Shown piece by piece: positions 26,330-35,200 of a stretch of DNA of 37,781 nt. The position numbers were made by a program, and so were the translations under genes. Under the pieces are notes generated by a model. It did no database searches. It was not told the DNA's origin and saw only the letters and a list, made by a program, of their open reading frames with translations. The DNA is from a virus (Duplodnaviria; Caudoviricetes), in the IMG/VR virus record IMGVR_UViG_3300002986_000087, positions 1 through 37,781 of that record. One strand, written 5' to 3'. The stretch's first letter is position 1. Every line of letters starts with the position of its first letter.

Positions 26330-27802
26330 TTACAATCCGTTACCCGGAGAATCATCCAATACTGTTTCGCCCGGTACATACGTAGCAGGTACATAAGCGA
26401 AAATTGCTTCTTCCATGGCAAAACCACAACCTTTCCAAAATTCCATGAACACTTTCACGTCGTAGTTCTGAATCTGAATGAATACTTTGGCTTCACTAAC
26501 ATTACGTGATTGCAGGTGAATGAAGTTTTCTTTCGGAGTGATTACGAATGCTTTTGTTCCCTGAAATCCATCAACAGGAGCAAAGGTCAATTTGCTAAAG
26601 TCGAGTTTCATCATTTCACCATCCACGTTTTTAGTCGTTGGATATTTAGCACGGTAAGCGCGGCCATACATAACGATCAAATCAGGATCAGCATGAATGG
26701 TGATTGCTCTTTTTTTGTATTTGTAAGGGATATTATCCACTACAGTATCAAAACTTGCCAGAATATTTGCATCTGTCAACGTAACACCATTCAGCAACCA
26801 GGTTGAACGGTTTCCAACTTTTTGTTGAAGTTCATCCAAAATGGTTAATACACCGTCCATTGATTCTTCAGCGGCCGAACCTTCAGCACCATCCTGAGTC
26901 TGGGTACGTTCAACGAACTTACCTGTAGACATAGCCAGTTCTAAATCTTCCAACAGTTTAGGTAATACCAACGTATTGGTGATAAACGCAACAATCGGCA
27001 TTTGATCCGGTGTCATATTTTCATCATACAGGTAACCAATATACTGGTCAACGATATTTGCAGGAGTAATAGCAACGTTCACTTTCAATTTGAAGTTCTT
27101 GATAGTGATCGGGGTAAATTTTGCAGAACCTTTAGGAGTCCATTTTGGAGTAAACTGTTGAAGTACGCTCGTTTGAATTGCTTCAGTGGCACGCCATTCG
27201 GTTTTGTCAGTCAAAACGGTAGTCATGTAATCGGTAATGGTCAAACCAAGGTTCAACTGACGAAACACATCAAGTTTTTGACCTGAAATGTATTTACCAA
27301 ATTCAGTTTGAAGTTCAGCAGTATCAATGGTTTCGTCACCACTGTATTGCATGGTACCGGTACGGAAATAGTCAGCAACCACTTTGTTGTGCTGATAAGC
27401 CATGTTAGGCTTGAATGCGATTGCTTTTTTACCTGCGCTCATGTCAATAACTTCTGTTTTGTCATCTTCCGGAGTTTTTTCCAATTTTGCTTTTTCAGCT
27501 TCCAATACCAATTTTTCACCTTCAAGTTTGGTTTTTGCAGCCAAAGCAGCATCAAACTGAGTTTTCATTGTAGCCAGTTGACCCTGTAATGCGAATATTT
27601 CCGGATTGGTAACTGTAAGATCAATACCAGCCGCTTGTTCAGCGGCTATACCTGATTTCAATTTTTGGAGAAATAACGGTCCCCATTCAGCAGTAATTTT
27701 TTGCTCATCATCTGCTGAAAAACCTGCCTTACCGTCCGCTCCTTTTGGTACGGAGGTAAAACCAAGAAAAGCCAGAGCCATGGCAAGTGCTTGTTTAAAC
27801 AT
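26330..27802 (-). CDS. Major capsid protein with N-terminal scaffold-like region
   Basis: 490 aa. N-terminal coiled coil, then LQQFTPKWTPKG and SMDGVL motifs. Follows the S49 protease. Confidence 0.75.
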   Translation of the reverse strand: MFKQALAMALAFLGFTSVPKGADGKAGFSADDEQKITAEWGPLFLQKLKSGIAAEQAAGIDLTVTNPEIFALQGQLATMKTQFDAALAAKTKLEGEKLVLEAEKAKLEKTPEDDKTEVIDMSAGKKAIAFKPNMAYQHNKVVADYFRTGTMQYSGDETIDTAELQTEFGKYISGQKLDVFRQLNLGLTITDYMTTVLTDKTEWRATEAIQTSVLQQFTPKWTPKGSAKFTPITIKNFKLKVNVAITPANIVDQYIGYLYDENMTPDQMPIVAFITNTLVLPKLLEDLELAMSTGKFVERTQTQDGAEGSAAEESMDGVLTILDELQQKVGNRSTWLLNGVTLTDANILASFDTVVDNIPYKYKKRAITIHADPDLIVMYGRAYRAKYPTTKNVDGEMMKLDFSKLTFAPVDGFQGTKAFVITPKENFIHLQSRNVSEAKVFIQIQNYDVKVFMEFWKGCGFAMEEAIFAYVPATYVPGETVLDDSPGNGL

Positions 27803-27815
27803 AATTGTTGTTTTT

Positions 27816-28745
27816 TTATTGATTAATAAAACTGTTTGCTATATTTTTATTTCTGATACTCTTTGCATGTGAAATAGCCATATTCATATCACCTACATGA
27901 TCAATCAATCCGTATTCTTTTGCCTGTTGAGCAAAAAACATACGTCCGGATATGATTCCTTCAATATCAAGGTTCAAATTTGGTCGTAATGATTTTACTG
28001 TTTCCTTAAATCCAATGGCCAGCGGGTTCAATTCTTCTGACTTCAATAAATCATACCTTGTTTCGGGAGTTGGTAATGCATCCACGGCATTCATAAATGG
28101 TTTATTCTTCCAATCAGACTCATCCGAATAAACTACATGATCTTCTATTCCGGCCGCTTCGAGTTGTTTTTTATTGGTGCGGAACGACATCATAACTCCA
28201 ATACTACCTATTTCAGCAGATATAGAATTCCCGGCAATGATTTCATCACACTGGCATGCAAAATAATAAGCGGCCGAAGCGCAAAGATCAACCAGGGCAA
28301 TAACAGCTATTCCTTTGGATTGTGCATATTTGGTAACGTCGATCAATGGAGCAATAGCATCCACCGATCCACCACCTGAGTCAATATCATATATAAGTGA
28401 TGTGAATTTACCGGAGTCAACAGCTTCTCGAATGGCATCGGCCACTTCCATGGTGCCATAACTGCAATATGAACCATATTTCAGCATTGTGCCTGAAATA
28501 CAGAAAATAGCGGTACTGTCTTTTGGTACATTATCGAAAGAAGAATCACCGGAACTCATTTTGGTTGAAGTACCGGCAATGGATAGTTGAATCTTTTCGC
28601 GTTCGGATAGAATAGTGGAAAATTTATCGTCGGTATATTGACGTTCCAATAATTTGTCAACAATGCCCAGCTGAGAATCAATTGATCTATTCAGAATAAA
28701 CCATTTTCCACGTATAACGGCATTAAGTAAGCTACTATTTTTCAT
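27816..28745 (-). CDS. S49 family prohead protease
   Basis: DIDSGGG, CASAAY, IGSIGV, GRMFFA and GLIDHVG motifs. Confidence 0.9.
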   Translation of the reverse strand: MKNSSLLNAVIRGKWFILNRSIDSQLGIVDKLLERQYTDDKFSTILSEREKIQLSIAGTSTKMSSGDSSFDNVPKDSTAIFCISGTMLKYGSYCSYGTMEVADAIREAVDSGKFTSLIYDIDSGGGSVDAIAPLIDVTKYAQSKGIAVIALVDLCASAAYYFACQCDEIIAGNSISAEIGSIGVMMSFRTNKKQLEAAGIEDHVVYSDESDWKNKPFMNAVDALPTPETRYDLLKSEELNPLAIGFKETVKSLRPNLNLDIEGIISGRMFFAQQAKEYGLIDHVGDMNMAISHAKSIRNKNIANSFINQ

Positions 28746-28772
28746 ATTTCTTCTATACTATTATTGATAGTA

Positions 28773-28808
28773 CAATTTTAAGTAGAAATATAGCCGTATG
28801 AAAGGACT
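28773..28808 (-). promoter_or_regulatory. Putative phage late promoter, copy 7 (capsid operon)
   Basis: AGTCCTTT-N20-TAAAATTG. Confidence 0.6.
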
Positions 28809-28810
28809 TT

Positions 28811-29230
28811 TTAAACAGTCAGGTATTTGGCTTTTTCGGCAGAAGTACGGGTTGAAGTCAGTGTTGTCATGGCTGGCTTTTCGCTTTTCAATGAAGTTAA
28901 TACAACAGGATTGTCGGGCGTGCCTATTATTTTTACGTCACCGTTCGAATAAACAGCTTTTAATATCAGGAATTTTCCGGTTACATCCAACACCTGATCA
29001 TCTATTTGTTTGTTTTGTCCGCGGATAACGATGGAAAGTTCCTGGTTAATTGATCCACCATTTTCGGGATCTTCTTCCTGAAATGCAACCGTAGTGAACT
29101 TTATCCGTTCAAATACTCCGGAACATTGACAATGTATACCCGGATAATCAACGAACGATATATTGTTAAGTTCGGAGAAATATAATTCTGATATGTCCGA
29201 ACGCTTGTCTGAATTACGTTTTATTTCCAT
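28811..29230 (-). CDS. Phage hypothetical protein
   Basis: 139 aa with IIGTPDNP, echoing the IAGTKGNP motif of 25657..26232. Confidence 0.65.
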   Translation of the reverse strand: MEIKRNSDKRSDISELYFSELNNISFVDYPGIHCQCSGVFERIKFTTVAFQEEDPENGGSINQELSIVIRGQNKQIDDQVLDVTGKFLILKAVYSNGDVKIIGTPDNPVVLTSLKSEKPAMTTLTSTRTSAEKAKYLTV

Positions 29231-29315
29231 ATTGTTAATTTATTAGTGCACGGTTAGTTAGTGGTTTAACTCTAAATACACGTTTTATTGCTTTTGGAGT
29301 TAAATGTTTTTTAAT

Positions 29316-29828
29316 TTACTGTATAATAGCGTTTTGAATGTCCGACACTACACGTTTAATGGTATTACGCCTGTTACGGTAATCCATTTGCTTGATCATA
29401 TCGAATGTAAACTGATTTTTCTTTATATTCATGCTTGCCAATATTCCCTCAATGATGAACTTTTGGCAATATCCTTTTTCATATCCTGTCTGGAAGAACT
29501 CACGTACCCGGAGTCTGAAAAACGATTCTATGTAATCATTGATCTGGTTCGATTTCCATTGTGAGAAAAAAATAAAGTTATATTTCACCACATAATGCGT
29601 ATCGTGGTTAATAGGCAGGATCAACTTCACCGGGTTAACACACTTTTGCTTTACCGGCATATCACTAATGGACCACATACTGTCGATAAACATGCCAATT
29701 TCATTGCGTTTATTCAATTTAATACGTTCGCACTCATCTTCACCAAATTCATAAATCATGAAGTCATGCAGATTAGGACGTAAATCAAGGATAATGACAG
29801 GTTGACTCTCAAAAATTGGGTTTTCCAT
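29316..29828 (-). CDS. Hypothetical protein, candidate late transcription regulator
   Basis: 170 aa with a basic, HTH-like C-terminus (FDMIKQMDYRNRR). Lies between the origin and the late genes. Function is inferred. Confidence 0.5.
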   Translation of the reverse strand: MENPIFESQPVIILDLRPNLHDFMIYEFGEDECERIKLNKRNEIGMFIDSMWSISDMPVKQKCVNPVKLILPINHDTHYVVKYNFIFFSQWKSNQINDYIESFFRLRVREFFQTGYEKGYCQKFIIEGILASMNIKKNQFTFDMIKQMDYRNRRNTIKRVVSDIQNAIIQ

Positions 29829-29903
29829 AAAAAATAGATTAACAAATTAATACATTCAGACAAGAAAAAAATATTTTCACTCCTACAGGTGCACGAATTT
29901 TCC

Positions 29904-30223
29904 GACCTACAGACCTACAGACCTACAACATTTTGTTTTTGGCAGCTAAATTACTAAATATAAATAACATAACCTAATGAATGCAGTTAAAACACCGACC
30001 TACAAACACCGTTTTCGACCTACAAACGTCATATTTAACTATTTTACGACCTACACACCTAAAAACACCCGACCTACAGCGACCTACAAAACAAAATCTC
30101 AGACCTACACCGACCTACAAAAAAAGCATACACGAAAAACACACAAAACAATGATTACCACCCTTATATATATATTATTTTATTGAAAAATATTATTATT
30201 GTAGGTCTGTATGTCTGTAGGTC
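29904..30223. repeat. Iteron-like GACCTACA cluster, putative replication origin
   Basis: 10 direct copies (29904, 29912, 29920, 29997, 30017, 30048, 30071, 30081, 30102, 30112), then an AT-rich stretch, then inverted TGTAGGTC at 30200 and 30216. Confidence 0.75.
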
Positions 30224-30320
30224 GGTGTTTTTATTTTTATTTTTCAAGTATTATTTATTTGTTATTCTTAAAAAATTAGGGGGTGCGGGGGATTTCAAAC
30301 CTTAATGAAATATAAAACTA

Positions 30321-30491
30321 CCCCCTCCCCTAAAGGGGAGTAAGAGTGGAGAAAGAAATAACCCCCAACCCCTAAAGGGGAGTAAGAAATGAATAGTACC
30401 GACTTCACAACTATCGTATATAAGAAAAGCCTGCAGAATAGCAGGCTTTTGATTAGTATCGGATCTTATCCCCCTTTAGGGGTTAGGGGTT
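30321..30491. repeat. Three family C copies around a terminator
   Basis: CCCCTAAAGGGGAGTAAGA twice (about 30327 and 30369) and an opposite-orientation copy at 30465-30491 that supplies the TAA stop at 30476. Confidence 0.8.
30425..30450. terminator. Intrinsic terminator ending the replication operon
   Basis: AAAAGCCTGC-AGAATA-GCAGGCTTTT. Confidence 0.75.
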
Positions 30492-31111
30492 GTTTTTATT
30501 CGTTTGTAAATTTCTTTATCCCTTTTCCCGATCTCTGTGAACTCCGGATCTGATTTAATGGTTACTGATATCGGAGTATCAATATAACCGGCACCAATGA
30601 TACCCACTGTGGCCGCGTGATCAAATAACCAGTTATCACCACAAAGGATCTTCATTTCTTCCGGTATGGGTACGTACTTCCGGCATACCATAAAGCATCC
30701 GAATGATTTGCGGGGAAAACCTTTGCTTTTATCCCAGGTAGTCAGTGCCGTTTTGTTTTCACTCAAATTATTAATAGTAGCACCTACCAAGTCATAATCG
30801 TTACGTATGGATACGGCAAACAAAATGGAATATAACCTGCTGTATGAAATATCGATATCATCGTTGGCAAGTATAACGGTAGCGCGTGCATAGTTAGCAC
30901 CTAAATTCCATGCTGCATTAACATAACTATTTTTAGTCATATGGGCTATCCTTATTTTAGGTGATCTGATAATTAATGCCCAAACTGGAGTACCACCATT
31001 ATTGATAATGATAATTTCTTCAACAAATGTGCATTCAACATATAGTTTCAGCATATTGTAAATAAGTGGGCTTTTCCACATGGTTGGGATAATGATTGAG
31101 AATTTTTCCAT
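30476..31111 (-). CDS. Glycosyltransferase family 2-like protein
   Basis: FSIIIPT, EIIIINNG, AAWNLG, LANDDI and GDNW are GT-A fold motifs. Confidence 0.8.
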   Translation of the reverse strand: MEKFSIIIPTMWKSPLIYNMLKLYVECTFVEEIIIINNGGTPVWALIIRSPKIRIAHMTKNSYVNAAWNLGANYARATVILANDDIDISYSRLYSILFAVSIRNDYDLVGATINNLSENKTALTTWDKSKGFPRKSFGCFMVCRKYVPIPEEMKILCGDNWLFDHAATVGIIGAGYIDTPISVTIKSDPEFTEIGKRDKEIYKRIKTTPNP

Positions 31112-31114
31112 GAT

Positions 31115-31555
31115 CTATTGTTTTGATAGTTTTGAATATTCTTCTTCAGTCATTGGATAATCCCAGAAGCTCAATTTACCTTTTACATTCAGTATCGGTT
31201 CTTTGAATAAAATAGGATTTGAAAGAACCCAATTATAAGGTTTAAAAGGTAATAAATGTCTTTCAGCCCATACACTTGAATTATTAATCATACAATCAAC
31301 TATTAGAACTGAACCTATAATAGCACCATTGATTAAATTATCCTGAATAGGCATCTTATCAGGAAGTTTTAAAATTAGATGTTCCTGTTGTGCGTAATTT
31401 AACAGTCCAGGTATCTTCATTTGTTTAGCACTTGCATGGATTAATATCCGTTGTCCAATATATTTTTTCGGACATAACCAAGTTCTATTCTCAATATTTT
31501 TTACTCCTGAACATATAAGCCACGCCCATGGTTGTTTTACTGTTAAAGTTTTCAT
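31115..31555 (-). CDS. ASCH domain protein
   Basis: LTVKQPWAWLI..GVKNIENR, ILIHA, GAIIG and KGKLSFW motifs. Confidence 0.9.
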   Translation of the reverse strand: MKTLTVKQPWAWLICSGVKNIENRTWLCPKKYIGQRILIHASAKQMKIPGLLNYAQQEHLILKLPDKMPIQDNLINGAIIGSVLIVDCMINNSSVWAERHLLPFKPYNWVLSNPILFKEPILNVKGKLSFWDYPMTEEEYSKLSKQ

Positions 31556-31779
31556 GGCTCAATTGTTTTTTCTTTCTCTTCGAATATATCCACTTGCTCG
31601 TCATTGAACATCTTAATAAGAGATGTAATCCAGATAAGTAAAATAAGCAGTCCAACTGCACCTTCAATCCATTCGGGTGCATTGTAGTAATCAACGGCTA
31701 AAAAGCAATACAATGTGGGCCATACGGGTAAACGTGCCGGAAAGATTGACCTCGATAATACTTTAGTTTTTTTCTTCAT
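31552..31779 (-). CDS. Small membrane protein
   Basis: 75 aa with two hydrophobic segments. ATGA overlap with the ASCH gene. Confidence 0.6.
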   Translation of the reverse strand: MKKKTKVLSRSIFPARLPVWPTLYCFLAVDYYNAPEWIEGAVGLLILLIWITSLIKMFNDEQVDIFEEKEKTIEP

Positions 31780-31789
31780 TTTGATTGAT

Positions 31790-31948
31790 TTAATTATTTG
31801 TATTTGGTATAACTTTAATTTTTCTTGCTAAATCATTGACTAAGTTTATTTTTCTTGCCTTTAAATGTCTGATTGTAATATGTCCGCCCATGTTTATAAG
31901 GTCATTGATTAAATTCAATTGCGCCTGTATTTCTAATTCCGTTTTCAT
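31790..31948 (-). CDS. Small hypothetical protein (52 aa), absent from the ORF track
   Basis: MKTELEIQAQLNLINDLINMGGHITIRHLKARKINLVNDLARKIKVIPNTNN*. Fills the gap in the operon. Confidence 0.55.
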   Translation of the reverse strand: MKTELEIQAQLNLINDLINMGGHITIRHLKARKINLVNDLARKIKVIPNTNN

Positions 31949-31952
31949 GTAT

Positions 31953-32144
31953 TTAAACTATTAATTCAGCAATATCCGCTGGATGATAAGTTCTCGCATT
32001 CTTTTCACCTTCCAATTTCACGTATATATAATATACATAGTCAATACCATTCAGGTTATTTTCTTCCATTTTTGAAATAATACCTTTTTTACCCAATGCC
32101 AGGCAAATTGCACCCTTAAACATCCAACTTTCTTTTTTTCTCAT
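31953..32144 (-). CDS. Small hypothetical protein
   Basis: 63 aa, ATG start, within the operon. Confidence 0.6.
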   Translation of the reverse strand: MRKKESWMFKGAICLALGKKGIISKMEENNLNGIDYVYYIYVKLEGEKNARTYHPADIAELIV

Positions 32145-32200
32145 AACATTGATTGATTTAATTATTTATAATTGATTTAAATATCCGATACTAATTTAAT

Positions 32201-32221
32201 TCCCCTTTAGGGGTTAGGGGT
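32201..32221. repeat. Repeat family C
   Basis: TCCCCTTTAGGGGTTAGGGGT, directly after the primase stop. Confidence 0.8.
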
Positions 32222-32222
32222 A

Positions 32223-35200
32223 TCAAAACGGTATATCATTCCCCTCCGGAACCTTCTCCCCTTTTTCATTTACTTCCACATTCCGTTCAAAATCGATATC
32301 GATCAAACTTTTCAAAATGTTGTAGTTGAACATATAGGCAGATGTGATACTGCTTTTTGGTTTCATTTTCATCCTGGCATAATTGCTGACGTTCACCGAT
32401 TCACCATCAGCGGCCACAGTAGTATCATTACCACTGATATCCATTTCAGCTTCTTCCCATTTAAACCGGCAGGAGTTGGTAAGTCCGATATATGCCTGGT
32501 TCGATTCGAAGTATGATTTAAGCGACTGGCGGGATAAACTTTCATCGCGCCCAATTGTGGACGAATAAAGTGAATATACTGATTCAAATGAGACATATAG
32601 TACTTTTGTATCCATTGGGAGATCTACTTCTTCCATTTTCTTCGAACTCAACATCCGGGTTACTCTGACTGACGAATTAATCTTAATTTCACGTCCTATT
32701 TTTATTTTGTTGTGCGTGATCAGCGTGGATATGGTCTGAAAATAGGTAGATAGTTTGTTTGTGCTGGATATACGTTCCAGTTGGTTTAATACCTTTTTTT
32801 CGGCTATTGGAACGAATTCCAGGTAGGAGAATGGAAGTTTCATGTGCGGTGCGTTTTCTTCAATTAACCTGCATGTAGAAGTCATTAGTGCACATGCATT
32901 GATAATACGAGTCATACCTTCTGTATTAGTTACTGATATCCTTACTGAGTCCTTTAGTTTCTTTGTTTCTTCACTCAGTATAGTCAGGTACTTTTTTTCA
33001 AATAAAGGTCTTAATTCAAGTACCTGAAGCAATATATTCGAAAGACCGGTCTTTTCATGGTCCTTTAATAGATTGAATTTTTCAGTATCTTCATCTGTGA
33101 AATCACCACCGGCACGGTGAGGTACATCGCACATAATACAGCGGTTCGATAATGCGCCATCATCCTGTTGAGCCGCTTCCTGTCCTAATAGTATAATACT
33201 GGCATTTATTGCCGAGCTGTCCAGTTGTTTAGAATTCACATCTTTTACCTTGATACGACCTTCACCGTCCAGGGTTGCTGCTTTCAATCCCTGAAACTTT
33301 GATTTGGAAATATCACGATCGTTGTATTCTTCCATCACCACCGGAACATTGCGGATAGATTCAAGTATCATAGAGAATCCGGCATCTGAACCAATGTTCA
33401 GGTTAAATGCAGGGGTGGTATCAACCATGTACAGGTTACGGATACTTTCGGCTATCTGGCTCTTACCTGAGCTGGTAGGACCGATAAAAAACAAGGCTGT
33501 GAAGTAACGCCTCATTTCAAAGATATAATCACGGAAAGCGCACGTAATAGCGAATAATATGGCCCATTTGCCATTGTCACCAATATTATAAACTCGGTTC
33601 ATAAGTCCGCTCCAATCTTCGAAACTAATTTGCTTTTCAAAAGGAATATCCCGATACACCAGGTTACGTGCCTGATTAAATGTTGTGTTTTCACCTTCCT
33701 CTGAAATACGTATTTTTGAAAAAACAGGTGAATAATAATTCTCTTCATTATGGCTTACAAGTCCCAGTTCGTCTACCGGTTCAATTTTATATTCATTATC
33801 CACTTTATGATATATCGCATTTCCAAAGGCAAAGAAACCTTTCGGGTTCTGTCCGAAAGTTCGTATAGCCCGGCATTTACGAAATCCATAACTCATGGTA
33901 ACCCAAATACGACTAAACTGTTCCTTATTTCCCCAAAAATTATAAGACCCTTCATTTACCAAAGTCTCATGCATTTTAGCTAATAAAGTAAATACGTTTG
34001 ATTTTAATTCTACATATCGATCGAGCTTTGGATCCAGGTGACAAAGTTGAATTACCCGTTTATTATTGGCATTATCATTTTCATTATCGTAAACGTGAAG
34101 CAATGGTTTAATGTAACAATCGGAAACGGATGAAAAACTACCACCAGCATTGTTACGGAACATATACGAACAAAATCTTCCTCCCTTATCGGCCAACGGA
34201 TAAAACCCCCATCGGGTACAATTATAGGATAATACCTTATCATTTTGAACATAATCAGGGACTATTTCAGCATCAACATTTAATGCATCATTCATCGCTC
34301 CAAGACGTTGATTATCCAATAAAGTCTTATCTTTCCTCTTTGCTAAAAATGGTTTCAACACTTTATCCAGGGCAGTTACTTTCAGACCAAGCTTTTTGGC
34401 GTATTCGTCAATCATCACTACGCGGACCGTGGCTTCGATATCCGATATCACTTCAGCACAACGGCCAATGATTTCACCTTTCTTTGAACCGTCAAATGTG
34501 TCTGCTAATATGGAACTGTATTGATCGGTATAATAATCACAAAAGCTTTTTAATGTCTGTACATCCTTAATTATGTAATCCACTGAAATATCGAAGCCGT
34601 TTTTATGCATATTTTTCAATATAACAAGGGGCTTTGTATCTCCACAATCTTCATTTGGTGCCAGTCCTTTAAACTCTTTTACTGTGAGTTTGCTGATCTT
34701 TGACCGTAGCGACTGTACATCAATCAGAGTAGGTGTACCAACCACCAAAACCATTGGAGTTTCAGAAAAATCATTGATAAAGTCTTTCTGATCGAATACT
34801 ATGCTGCATTCCTGGTCATCATCCGATTCCATTAATTCAAGTGCATCCTCAATTCCATAGAACCCGTGTTTCCATTTGTCAACCTTTAGTTCTTTGGTTG
34901 GTTTAATGCGTTCTTTAATGATCAGCGGGGTTGTTTCAAACGTTGTGGCCAACCTTCCGGCATATTTATCACGCAGGTATTTATCAGGCACCACCGAAAT
35001 ACATTCACATATCAGATCCAGCAACTGGGTATTTTCAAAGTCTGAAGCTGAAGCTACTTTCTTTGCTTCGAAAAAATATTCGATAAAATCAAGTTCACGG
35101 TTGGTGAGTAATATATTTAAGTCCTGATCAATTGTAGCCTTTGCAAAATCATCCGGATCCTTTCCATCGGGTAACAGAATAGCCTTTACATCAAACCCAT

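Noticed and set aside
29904-30223. CRISPR-like array or real ORF 29977..30186
   Set aside because: The repeat is only 8-9 bp with irregular spacing and both orientations. The ORF is a low-complexity by-product of the iterons.
31781-32166. Duplicated TTGATTGATTTAATTATT upstream of two small genes
   Set aside because: Only two AT-rich copies, best explained as similar translation-initiation leaders. Too little evidence for a separate element.
23463-32221. Telomere-like TTAGGG motifs
   Set aside because: Only two units occur, inside a palindromic dispersed repeat at internal gene junctions. The resemblance looks coincidental.
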